A stretch of DNA of 27,228 nt from Methanosarcinaceae archaeon (GCA_030609665.1 JAUWBW010000001.1:1-27228); one strand, 5' to 3'; numbered from the stretch's first letter, positions 17,747 through 26,734 are shown. A program made the numbers and translations. The notes: generated by a model from the letters alone, not told the origin.

Positions 17747-18283
17747 TTACTGCCTTGGTTTGAGTGATTTGAAACCATCGACCAATGTGGGCCTTTTTAT
17801 GGATTTTGTTACTGAAGTAACTTCAGGCATATCTATCATGGTCGGCTGTTGCGTCGGGGAATGATTATGATCGTCTATTGTGCGAGTGGGTTTGAATCCG
17901 GGTTTGAATCCGGGTTTGAATCCGGATTCAAATGCCGGTTCAAATTTTTCGTGAACAGCTGTTCTCTCTTTTGAAAGCTCTTCCTGCCCCACTTTTTTGC
18001 CAATTCCTTTTTTGGATAAACCTGAATGTATGTCACGCTCTTTGGATCTTACACCATCATCTCTTCCTCTTGAATAATAAGCTTTCACAAATTCTTCCAG
18101 ACCGCGTTCACTGGCAAATTTGTCTAGATGGGAAAACCTCTCGGTGACCCATCCAAGTTCAGAGTGTTTGTGATAGCCCACCTCAAATCCAAGCTTGTAG
18201 GCTTCTTTTGCAACCTCTGATCTTTCAGATTCACTGATGGTCTTTTTCTTGCCCTTGTCTTCCTTTTTGAACAGACTTACCAT
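17747..18283 (-). CDS. Hypothetical protein co-oriented with the KaiC-like ATPase
   Basis: 178-aa ORF starting 15 nt after the ATPase stop. It contains AYKLGFEVG and YSRGRDDG motifs and a GFKP repeat. Confidence 0.75.
   Translation of the reverse strand: MVSLFKKEDKGKKKTISESERSEVAKEAYKLGFEVGYHKHSELGWVTERFSHLDKFASERGLEEFVKAYYSRGRDDGVRSKERDIHSGLSKKGIGKKVGQEELSKERTAVHEKFEPAFESGFKPGFKPGFKPTRTIDDHNHSPTQQPTMIDMPEVTSVTKSIKRPTLVDGFKSLKPRQ
17888..17923 (+). repeat. 12-bp perfect tandem repeat x3 (coding, GFKP)
   Basis: GGGTTTGAATCC x3 inside the minus-strand ORF; the unit length preserves the frame. Confidence 0.95.
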
Positions 18284-18298
18284 TCTCTAACCCGACCA

Positions 18299-19042
18299 TC
18301 AATCCAGATAATCCACTACTTTTATTCCTTTTTCAGTGAAATGCACACCACGCATGTTACAGTCGTGCTTGGTTCCGCGCATTTTGATAACCTGTAGTGC
18401 ACGTGTCATGGTCTTATCATAAAGGAAATTGTGCAGGAAAACCACACCATGTGAAGCGAACTGCTCTGTTGTATATGAATTCGGATCTGTCATTTCAGAT
18501 AGTAGGATCGTAGTACATCCCAGTCTCTTGAGGTTTCGTATAAACCTGCTCATCTCTTTTTCTTCCAAAGATAGATCCTTTGTTGTAAAACGTATTGCAG
18601 ATACTGAATCGATCACAAGTCTTTTGATATTGTATTCTGCAACGTAGCCTGCTATTTCCTTGAACACCACAGCAGGAGACGGAGCTTCCCCTTCTACCGA
18701 TGTGTGTCCTACCTCATAGTCCGGGGTGATCACTTCATGGAGTTCATCCATGTACCCATATTCCATCCTTGGACCAAGATCTGCAAAAAGGAGCTTTTTC
18801 ATTTTGATAAGTGTCGGCACATTCATTGCATAGTTCGACATGTCATCAATGATATTCTGCGGACTTTCGAGCAAAGTGACATATAAACCCACTTCACCAA
18901 GTGCAGCACCATGTGCTAAAAACTGAACTCCAAATGTCGTTTTTCCACTGCCCGGTGGACCGCTGACAAGATATATCCTCTCCTCCAACAGTCCGCCCTG
19001 AACCAGTTCATCGAATCCTTCAATGCCAGTTGGTATTCTCAT
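18299..19042 (-). CDS. RAD55/KaiC-like single-domain RecA-fold ATPase
   Basis: RIPTGIEGFD, Walker A GPPGSGKT, Walker B LVIDS and LQVIKMRGTKH. Confidence 0.92.
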   Translation of the reverse strand: MRIPTGIEGFDELVQGGLLEERIYLVSGPPGSGKTTFGVQFLAHGAALGEVGLYVTLLESPQNIIDDMSNYAMNVPTLIKMKKLLFADLGPRMEYGYMDELHEVITPDYEVGHTSVEGEAPSPAVVFKEIAGYVAEYNIKRLVIDSVSAIRFTTKDLSLEEKEMSRFIRNLKRLGCTTILLSEMTDPNSYTTEQFASHGVVFLHNFLYDKTMTRALQVIKMRGTKHDCNMRGVHFTEKGIKVVDYLD

Positions 19043-19070
19043 AGTACAACCTCGCCTTAAATAATAGATA

Positions 19071-19156
19071 TTAATTAATTAATTAATTAAATTAAATATC
19101 AGCTATAACATACTTTAATCCATCGATTCATATAACAATTAATCCATCGATTGATT
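19071..19156. promoter_or_regulatory. Divergent promoter region with a (TTAA)n run and paired operator-like boxes
   Basis: (TTAA)x5 at 19071-19090. TTAATCCATCGATT at 19115-19128 and 19139-19152. Near-palindrome AATC-C-ATCGAT-T-GATT at 19141-19156. Confidence 0.5.
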
Positions 19157-19203
19157 ATTATAAAATGTGTCCGAATGCTATAAACAATCAGCGAGTGATA
19201 ATA

Positions 19204-20076
19204 ATGATCAATATAGCAATTCCAAAAGGCAGTTTAGAGGAACAGACACTCCTGCTGTTCAAGCAGGCAGATCTTGAGATCAAGAAGACTGAACGTGAGT
19301 ACAATCCAAAAGTCAATGACCCAAGGATCAATAAGGTTAAGATCCTGCGCCCGCAGGAGATCCCAAAATATATCGATGAAGGATATTTTGACCTCGGGAT
19401 ATCAGGGCGTGATTGGGTGGTTGAATCCAATTCCGATGTGGTCGAGGTTGCCGATATGCCTTACAGCAAACAGGGTGCAGGTATTGTGAAGATCGTGATT
19501 GCTGTGCCGCAGGACAGCGATATAAAGAGCGCAGCCGATATTAAACCGGAGAGCAGGGTTACGACCGAGTATCCAAATATCACAAAAGCATTCTTTGAGA
19601 ATCTCGGCATTCCGATCGATATGCATTTTTCCTATGGCGCAACCGAAGCGAAGGTACCTGACCTCATGGATGTTGTAGTTGACCTGACAGAAACAGGGTC
19701 AACGCTTCGCAAGAACGGTCTTAAGATCGTGGATGTGATGATGGAATCCTCATCAAAACTCATTGCAAATAAGGACAGCTGGGCTGATCCCGTAAAGCGT
19801 CAGGAGATCGAGGAGATCAAAACACTGCTGCTCGCTGTTATCGAGGCGCGCGGCAAGGTGCTCATTGATATGAATGTGCCTGCCGATAAACTGGATGCTG
19901 TGATAGATGCACTGCCTTCCATGAAACATCCGACCGTGTCCCAGTTGTACAAATCGGATTACTACGCGGTTGAGACTGTTATTAGCAAGAATGATATTAA
20001 TATCCTCATCCCGAAACTCAAGAATCTTGGAGCAGAGGATATTATTGAGATGGAGATATCAAAGATAGTACATTAA
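19204..20076 (+). CDS. hisG: ATP phosphoribosyltransferase, long form
   Basis: IAIPKGSL, LRPQEIP, DLGISGRD, VTTEYP, GATEAK, VDLTETGSTLRKN and a C-terminal regulatory domain (GAEDIIE). Confidence 0.93.
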   Translation: MINIAIPKGSLEEQTLLLFKQADLEIKKTEREYNPKVNDPRINKVKILRPQEIPKYIDEGYFDLGISGRDWVVESNSDVVEVADMPYSKQGAGIVKIVIAVPQDSDIKSAADIKPESRVTTEYPNITKAFFENLGIPIDMHFSYGATEAKVPDLMDVVVDLTETGSTLRKNGLKIVDVMMESSSKLIANKDSWADPVKRQEIEEIKTLLLAVIEARGKVLIDMNVPADKLDAVIDALPSMKHPTVSQLYKSDYYAVETVISKNDINILIPKLKNLGAEDIIEMEISKIVH

Positions 20077-20098
20077 CGCTTGAATTTTTCTTCGACGC

Positions 20099-21136
20099 AT
20101 GAGCAAAACATCGGGCAACCGGTTTCGTATTGGCATTACAGAATTTCTCTGGTCAGTGAAACTGTTTGCTGCATCCGCTATTGTAGCGTGTATGTTCAGC
20201 ATTGCCGTGTATGTGGTTATGACGATATTTGCCGAGCCTGAGCCCGTTAGTACTGCTATTGCTGCAACTGCATCAGCTGCCATGGCAAAGGTTGAGGTGG
20301 GAGCCAGATACATTAGCCCGATGTGGTCTATTTTTGTGTTTAATACGATTGCTTTTTTTACAGCATCTGTTGGCACCGGATTTTTATCATATATACACAA
20401 CGTTTTTAGCGGGGAATTTTCCTTTCGCTCAAAACACAGGATATATGCTACCATATCCATCAAGATCGATAAGCTGTTCACTGTATTTTATAGACACATA
20501 CGGCGCACTGCCTCGATATTCGACCCCGGGTTCTCTGAAATTAATATCGAAAATAAAACTGACGAAAATACTCATCAGGATGATGAAACATCATCTGTAT
20601 GGGATCTCTGCGGATACACCAGGGATGATTACCGAATGTTCGCATACATCCTGCCCTACACTGTACCGGTATTGATACTTGTGATAAACGGCATGCTTCT
20701 TGGGGTCTTGCTTGCGTTCTTCATATTCAATGGCGCAATGTCGGGATACGAGATCATGGGATTGCAAGGCATAGTCATTGGGGTTTTCTACACGCTTTCG
20801 TACTTTGTTTTTTCCATCCTGCCGCATGGCATTATCGAACTGCCTGTGTTGTTCCTGGCAGCGTCACTCGGATACAAGTTCGCATACGTGCAGTCGAAGG
20901 CTGTCGTTGATGATGGTTTTTTTCTGGGTGATGACATAGAGAGCATAAACAAGGATGTTTCACGCATCAATTCGATAACTACGATGTATCTTAGGTCAAG
21001 ATACTTGTGGAGTGTGTTTGGGGTCGCGATTGGGCTGCTGCTTGTTGCTGCGTATATTGAGATATATGTGACACCGTGGGTTGTGGAATATGTTATGGTT
21101 GTTGTTGAAAGGATGTTGAACGGTGGGTTTGTTTAA
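20099..21136 (+). CDS. SpoIIM (stage II sporulation protein M)-family membrane protein
   Basis: Multiple hydrophobic segments, IFVFNT, ILPHGIIELP signature and AAYIEIYVTP. Confidence 0.82.
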   Translation: MSKTSGNRFRIGITEFLWSVKLFAASAIVACMFSIAVYVVMTIFAEPEPVSTAIAATASAAMAKVEVGARYISPMWSIFVFNTIAFFTASVGTGFLSYIHNVFSGEFSFRSKHRIYATISIKIDKLFTVFYRHIRRTASIFDPGFSEINIENKTDENTHQDDETSSVWDLCGYTRDDYRMFAYILPYTVPVLILVINGMLLGVLLAFFIFNGAMSGYEIMGLQGIVIGVFYTLSYFVFSILPHGIIELPVLFLAASLGYKFAYVQSKAVVDDGFFLGDDIESINKDVSRINSITTMYLRSRYLWSVFGVAIGLLLVAAYIEIYVTPWVVEYVMVVVERMLNGGFV

Positions 21137-21160
21137 CTGTTTTAAACAAAATGTAACAAC

Positions 21161-21235
21161 GCCGAATAAGAAAGAGCGATTACTCGCCCTCCCTCTTCTA
21201 AGAACCGGACTTGCGACTTTCATCACATCCGGCCC
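21161..21235 (-). ncRNA. Group II intron remnant: domains V and VI only
   Basis: Minus strand GGGCCGGAUGUGAU-GAAA-GUCGC-AA-GUCCGGUUC is a 34-nt D5 (9 bp, 2-nt bulge, 5 bp, GAAA loop; 21202-21235). It is followed by a D6 stem AGGGCGA-GUAA-UCGCUCU with a bulged A 7 nt from the inferred 3' end at 21161. Confidence 0.9.
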
Positions 21236-21435
21236 ATGCCTTTTTTGGTGTAACTGTTAAAGCCATTGTGCACCATTTTACGACCACATATGGGGCATTG
21301 AGGTGGGTTTTTCTTGCGAAAAATATCGTTTTCAGTATATTCATATTCATTGCCAAAATCACCGAAAATCTTCAGAAGGAGTGGGGTTTCGGAAAAATTA
21401 CCAAATGTAGTGTTTACTGTTACCATAAATGTCAT
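21236..21435 (-). mobile_element. N-terminal fragment of a probable archaeal transposase with a CxxC knuckle
   Basis: FRKKNPPQCPICGRKMVHNGFN resembles N-termini of methanogen IS transposases (family not assigned). The ORF ends abruptly inside the intron D5. Confidence 0.55.
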
Positions 21436-21498
21436 AGATACTATAATTACTTTATGCTTTATATAAATATGTATTTACTGTGATGTTATTGCCATTTT

Positions 21499-21894
21499 TT
21501 ACTGCATAACTGGATTATGGGACTGTGCCTGTTGATGTATACCGGAGAGTCGGCTTGTCCATTGATGATAATACCCATATACCCGGCACAGCGCAGTGCC
21601 CCACCAGCCGTTGCAGTGGCTGTCGTTCCAGGTGCCTGTGAGCGGGCTTTTGGCACAGACCGAGAAGTTGACGCAGTTGGTGGCGGGTGCGCCGGTCAGG
21701 GAGCCGTTCATGATGGCAAGCAGGTTGTCAGGGGAGAGGGGGTCGCAGCCGGGCGGGTTCTCGTGGTAGAGGTAGTGGGCTGCCAGGCCTTTGCCACCCA
21801 TGAACTTGCAGAGTAGGGTAGCAGGTATATTTTCACATTTGACTTTTTTATTGGATAAATCAATTCTTATTATAGTGGAAGATATCATAAGCAT
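21499..21894 (-). pseudogene. Aldehyde:ferredoxin oxidoreductase (AOR-family) N-terminal fragment
   Basis: IIRIDLS, FMGGKGLAA, DPLSPDNLL and KSPLTG..DSH..GWWG. After a frameshift near 21588 the shifted frame gives AGYMGIIINGQADSPVYI, and homology stops near 21533. Confidence 0.88.
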
Positions 21895-22051
21895 CTTTTT
21901 CTCAGAATTTGGTATATATATTTGTTAAACATTCTAATAAATTATGATGGCATGTAGCGCAATTATTATAAGTGATTACACATGATTTAGAATTAATATT
22001 AATAGGAAATGAAATTAAATTTTGCATCTGAATCATTACAGGGTGGTATAA

Positions 22052-24568
22052 ATGGAAATTATAAAAAAAACACTTGTGGTATTAATCTTATGGTCATTGA
22101 TTGTGGGAACAGTACCTATATCGGTATTAGCACAGCAAAACAGTCTTGATAACCAAATATTTGAATATAAAGAACCAAGTCTCTCCGAAGGTGTTGAATA
22201 TGTGCCAGGGGAATTTATTGTCCAGTTTAAACCTGGGGTTTCAAACGAAAAAATTGCCAGTATTAATTCCAGACATGGGACTTCAGTAAAATATACCAGT
22301 CCTTATGCCAGATTTAAGATATTACACATTCCAAAGGGCAAATCTGTCCCGGATATGGTTGAAATATATAGCAAGAACCCGAATGTGGAATATGTCGTGA
22401 CAAACTCTATTGCCCATGCATTTATGTCACCAAATGATCCCTTGTACCACTATCAATGGCATCTTGATGATTCTTCTTCGCCAAATCCTTATGGAGGTAC
22501 AAACGGGGGAGGGATCAATATTGAACCAGCCTGGGATATTTCTAACGGAACTGGTGTTGTAATAGCGGTTCTGGATACGGGTGTAGCATATGAAAACTAT
22601 GGATTTTGGTATCAGAAAGCCCCAGACCTGGCCAATACGCATTTTGTAGCTGGCTGGGACTTTGTCAATAATGACGCCCACCCCAATGATGACAATTCTC
22701 ATGGGACCCATGTAACAGGGACCATTGCCCAGAGCACCAACAATGGAATAGGGGTTGCAGGAGTTGCCTTTAATTGCTCAATAATGCCTGTAAAGGTTCT
22801 AAATAAAAAAGGATCTGGAACGTTAGACCAATTAGTAGATGGAATCTATTTTGCAACCGATAATGGTGCAGATGTTATCAGCATGAGTCTGGGCTGGCCG
22901 CCTGGATATGATCCAGGTCAACCTTTAAAAGATGCACTTGATTATGCATATATTAACGGAGTTACGATTATCAGTGCCTCAGGTAATGATGCTGCCAGCC
23001 AACTCTGTTATCCGGCTGCATATGGAAAATGTATCGCTGTGGGTGCTACCAGATTTGATGAGACAAGAGCCAGCTATTCAAATTATGGCGATGCTCTGGA
23101 TATCATGGCACCAGGCGGTGATTTATCAGTAGACCAAAATGGAGATGGTTATGGCGATGGTGTCCTCCAAAATACATTTAATCCAAATACTAATAATCCA
23201 CGTGATTTTAATTACTGGTTCTTCTCGGGCACTTCCATGGCCACACCACATGTTTCAGGGGTTGCCGCTTTGTTGATCGCTAATGGAGTAACCGGACCTG
23301 ACAATGTAAGAGAAGCACTTTTATCAACAGCAGAAGACAAAGGTGATCCAGGTTGGGATACCCAGTATGGATGGGGCATTGTGGATGCTTATGCAGCTTT
23401 GCAATGGTCAGCAACACCCAATAATCCACCAGTAGCAAATGATCAATCAGTAACAATAGATGAGGATACAACTGCAGCTATTACCTTAACTGCAACTGAC
23501 CCGGATGGTGATACATTGACATATTTAATCCTTTCCGGCCCTTCAAATGGAGTATTAACAGGCACAGCACCGACTTTGACCTACACACCCAATGCCGATT
23601 ATAATGGGGCAGATAGTTTTGCATTCAAGGCAAATGATGGAACAGCAAATAGCAACATAGCTACCGTGAACATTACTGTTAATCCTGTGAACGATCTGCC
23701 AGTTGCCGATGACCAATTGGTAACCACGGAAGAGAATACACCTGTGGCTATTACGTTGACTGCAACTGACCCGGATGGTGATACATTGACATATTCAATC
23801 CTTTCCGGCCCTTCAAATGGAGTATTAACAGGCACAGCACCGACTTTGACCTACACACCTAATGCCGATTATAATGGGGCAGATAGTTTTGCATTCAAGG
23901 TAAATGATGAAACAACAGATAGCAACATAGCTACCGTGAACATTACTGTTAATCCTGTGAACGATCCGCCAGTTGCCGATGACCAATTGGTGACCACGGA
24001 TGAGGATACAACTGCAGCTATTACCTTAACTGCAACTGACCCGGATGGTGATACATTGACATATTCAATCCTTTCCGGCCCTTCAAATGGAGTATTAACA
24101 GGCACAGCACCGACTTTGACCTACACACCCAATGCCGATTATAATGGGGCAGATAGTTTTACATTCAAGGTAAATGATGGAACAGCAGATAGCAACACAG
24201 CTACCGTGAACATCACGGTTACTGAAGCGCCCACATCACCGAACATGCATATTAACAGCATCGATATGGATCTAGTTTCACGTTACCGGGGATGGATATA
24301 TTATGCAACAACAACTGTTACGATTGTAGATAATGGTGACCATTCTGTAGAAGGGGCAACAGTGTGCGGACATTGGGAAGACGCAACAACAGACAGCGAT
24401 GTGGGAATGACTGATGCTTCCGGGCAAGTAACATTACAATCAAATTACTTGTGGAAACCACCAAGTGGGACGACATTCACCTTTGTTGTGGATGATGTAG
24501 TGAAAGATGGATGGATTTACGACAATTCGGCCAATGTCGAAACAAGTGACAGTATATCTGTAAATTGA
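22052..24568 (+). CDS. Secreted S8 subtilisin-like serine protease with three tandem Ig-like (Big_9/cadherin-like) repeats
   Basis: Signal peptide (LVVLILWSLIVGTVPISVLAQ), prodomain, and catalytic D (VLDTG), H (HGTHV), N (SGND) and S (GTSMATPHV). Three 90-aa repeats and a C-terminal beta domain follow. Confidence 0.95.
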   Translation: MEIIKKTLVVLILWSLIVGTVPISVLAQQNSLDNQIFEYKEPSLSEGVEYVPGEFIVQFKPGVSNEKIASINSRHGTSVKYTSPYARFKILHIPKGKSVPDMVEIYSKNPNVEYVVTNSIAHAFMSPNDPLYHYQWHLDDSSSPNPYGGTNGGGINIEPAWDISNGTGVVIAVLDTGVAYENYGFWYQKAPDLANTHFVAGWDFVNNDAHPNDDNSHGTHVTGTIAQSTNNGIGVAGVAFNCSIMPVKVLNKKGSGTLDQLVDGIYFATDNGADVISMSLGWPPGYDPGQPLKDALDYAYINGVTIISASGNDAASQLCYPAAYGKCIAVGATRFDETRASYSNYGDALDIMAPGGDLSVDQNGDGYGDGVLQNTFNPNTNNPRDFNYWFFSGTSMATPHVSGVAALLIANGVTGPDNVREALLSTAEDKGDPGWDTQYGWGIVDAYAALQWSATPNNPPVANDQSVTIDEDTTAAITLTATDPDGDTLTYLILSGPSNGVLTGTAPTLTYTPNADYNGADSFAFKANDGTANSNIATVNITVNPVNDLPVADDQLVTTEENTPVAITLTATDPDGDTLTYSILSGPSNGVLTGTAPTLTYTPNADYNGADSFAFKVNDETTDSNIATVNITVNPVNDPPVADDQLVTTDEDTTAAITLTATDPDGDTLTYSILSGPSNGVLTGTAPTLTYTPNADYNGADSFTFKVNDGTADSNTATVNITVTEAPTSPNMHINSIDMDLVSRYRGWIYYATTTVTIVDNGDHSVEGATVCGHWEDATTDSDVGMTDASGQVTLQSNYLWKPPSGTTFTFVVDDVVKDGWIYDNSANVETSDSISVN
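23426..24235 (+). repeat. 270-bp tandem coding repeat x3
   Basis: Units start at 23426, 23696 and 23966, with long identical DNA stretches (e.g. TGCAACTGACCCGGATGGTGATACATTGACATATT). Confidence 0.95.
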
Positions 24569-24593
24569 GTGTGATTTAACTAAAATAAAAACC

Positions 24594-24630
24594 GTAGGCG
24601 CCCATTCCGGGCGCTACACATCTTTTTTTT
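24594..24630 (+). terminator. Hairpin plus T-tract after the S8 gene
   Basis: GTAG-GCGCCC-ATTCC-GGGCGC-TAC followed by an 8-T run. It lies between convergent genes. Confidence 0.6.
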
Positions 24631-24643
24631 CAAGGCCTGACGA

Positions 24644-25581
24644 TCAATATCCCACTTCAATGTCCTTCCCGAAAATATCACTCAAATCAGAATCCAACCC
24701 TGACTTCAATTCCTCAACTTCATCATTTAACCGTGCAAGTTCCTTCTTCTCGACATCCAGTTTCTGTCCAGTAGAATCCATCATATTTCGGCATTCAGAT
24801 ATCCTATCTTCAATCTGTGTTTTCTCCCTATAAACAGTAAGTCCCTCCAACTCCCCCAGCACCCCCGCAAGTTCCAAAGAATATCCCTCCCTTTGGCTTT
24901 TAAGCCTCAAAAGGATATCAGTCCCCACCAACCTATCGATCTGCTCAAGAGTCTTGTTCATCTTCTGCTGTTTAAGACCCAGACTCCCATCCTCCACACG
25001 CGCTTTCATTTCAGTCAGGAACCGAGCGATATCTGTTTCAAGCGCAGACACCGGCTCATCCTTCAATATCTTCAGACACCTCCTGCTCTCAGCAGACATA
25101 ATATGCCGCCCGCTCCCATCCTGTTTCTCCATCCTGGAAAGAGCCTTGGACAGCTGAGCAAACAAACCCGCCAGGTTCGAATCAATACCAGAAATCTGCT
25201 CCTTAAGGGTTCGGGCCTGCTCTTCCAGTTCCCGTGCCCTTATAAACTCATCACCCGCCTCAACCTCTTCCAGCTTCGCCTCCTCAGAGCCCAGTTCAAC
25301 CTTCAGTGTCTCGTATTTGCCAGTGAGGTTATTGATATTCTTCTGCCTTACCGGAATCTGCTGCTGCATCTGCCTGATGAGTTCGATATCCTCGGGCAGT
25401 TTATCATATGCCTCCAGTTCATCCTTCACTTCATTGATTGGGGCGACAAGCTCATCCAGCAGGACATCCAGGTGTTTCAGCCCGCCCAGGATATCCTTAT
25501 ATTCCTCAGGAAAAAGGGCCTTCACATACTGCTGGCTCTTGACAGCGTTCTCAAGGCAGGTCTTCAACACAGATTTGGCAT
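24644..25581 (-). pseudogene. 5'-truncated coiled-coil protein gene
   Basis: Long heptad, E/K/L-rich frame from DAKSVLK onward. The frame upstream of about 25582 is simply the antisense of S8 coding sequence, so the native start is missing. Confidence 0.7.
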
Positions 25582-26720
25582 CCAGGTGGAGATACAAATG
25601 TAGATCAAAACGGGGATGGTTATTTCGATGAAGTCCTTCAGCAGACCCATGATGGCAGAGACTACACAAATTTCGGGTATTACTTCTACCAGGGTACCTC
25701 TATGGCAACTCCCCATGTGGCAGGAGTGGCTGCATTGTTGATATCAGATGGTGTCACCGATCCTGATGATGTCAGGAAAGCCATGGAGTCTACGGCTGGG
25801 GTATAGTGGATGCTTATGCTGCACTGCAATTCGGACAGGATCCTATGTCACCGGTTGCTGATGCAGGATCAGATCAAACTTTGAACGATGCAGACAACGA
25901 TAAGGAAGAAGCAGTGGCTTTGGATGCTTCGGCTTCCTACGATCCAGATGGTAACATAGTTACATATGAGTGGAAAGAAGGTGATGAAGTATTAGGAAAT
26001 ACTGAAGAGATAACTTATAATTTCACTATTGGAACGCACAATGTAACTTTGACCGTTACAGATGACGAGAACTTAATAAGCACTGATGAAGTGATAATAA
26101 CAGTAGAACCCAATCAGGCTCCAATAGCGGATGCAGGTCTGGATCAAACAGTTTTGGTAAATGAAATGATGACACTCGATGGATCTGGTTCCTCGGATCT
26201 TGGTGGAACGATCGTTTCCTATGAATGGAATTTCGGTGATGGAACAACTTTAACAGGTCAAACAGTAGATCACACCTACTCGACTGCCGAAAGCTACACA
26301 GTTACCCTAACTGTGACAGACAATGGAGGAGCAACCAGTAGCGATACAACATTAGTTACGGTAACAAAAGAACCAATTATAGAAGAACCTACTAACCTTA
26401 TGTATATCGACAGTATAGAAATGTCATCGGATAACAAGACTGCCGGAAGAAATACATTTACATTTGCTCTTGCAACTGTGACCGTTGTTAATAGCACTGG
26501 AGAGCCTGTTCCGAATGCAGTAGTAAGCGGATCATGGAGTGTCTCTACTTCGGATAGCGATATCGGTACAACAGATGATTTCGGAGTGGTCACTGTACAA
26601 TCAGATAATATTAAAGGTCTTGAAGGTACGTTTACTTTTACAGTAACTGACGTTGTGCTGTCAGGCTTGGAATATGATATCACTGCAGAAGACTTTGGCA
26701 GTATAACTGTTCCTGCTTGA
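25582..26720 (+). pseudogene. Second S8 protease paralogue, 5'-truncated and frameshifted, with two PKD domains and a C-terminal domain
   Basis: From 25582: PGGDTNVDQNGDGYFDEVLQQT...GTSMATPHVAGVAALL...ESTA. The frame then shifts at 25791-25797 to GWGIVDAYAALQF. PKD motifs follow (PVADAG, YDPDG, YEWNFGDG, YTVTLTVTD). Confidence 0.9.
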
Positions 26721-26734
26721 AAATCAGAAATTAT

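Noticed and set aside
20099-21136. Sporulation function
   Set aside because: SpoIIM-family membrane proteins are widespread in non-sporulating prokaryotes, and no other sporulation genes are present.
25582-25669. N-terminus MCSLCHH…HPRF… of ORF 24644..25669 as a metal-binding domain
   Set aside because: It is the antisense reading of S8 protease sequence (PGGDTNVDQNGDGY…).
25804-25806. TAG readthrough joining the S8 remnant to the PKD ORF
   Set aside because: The downstream part is in a different frame; the stop results from the deletion frameshift.
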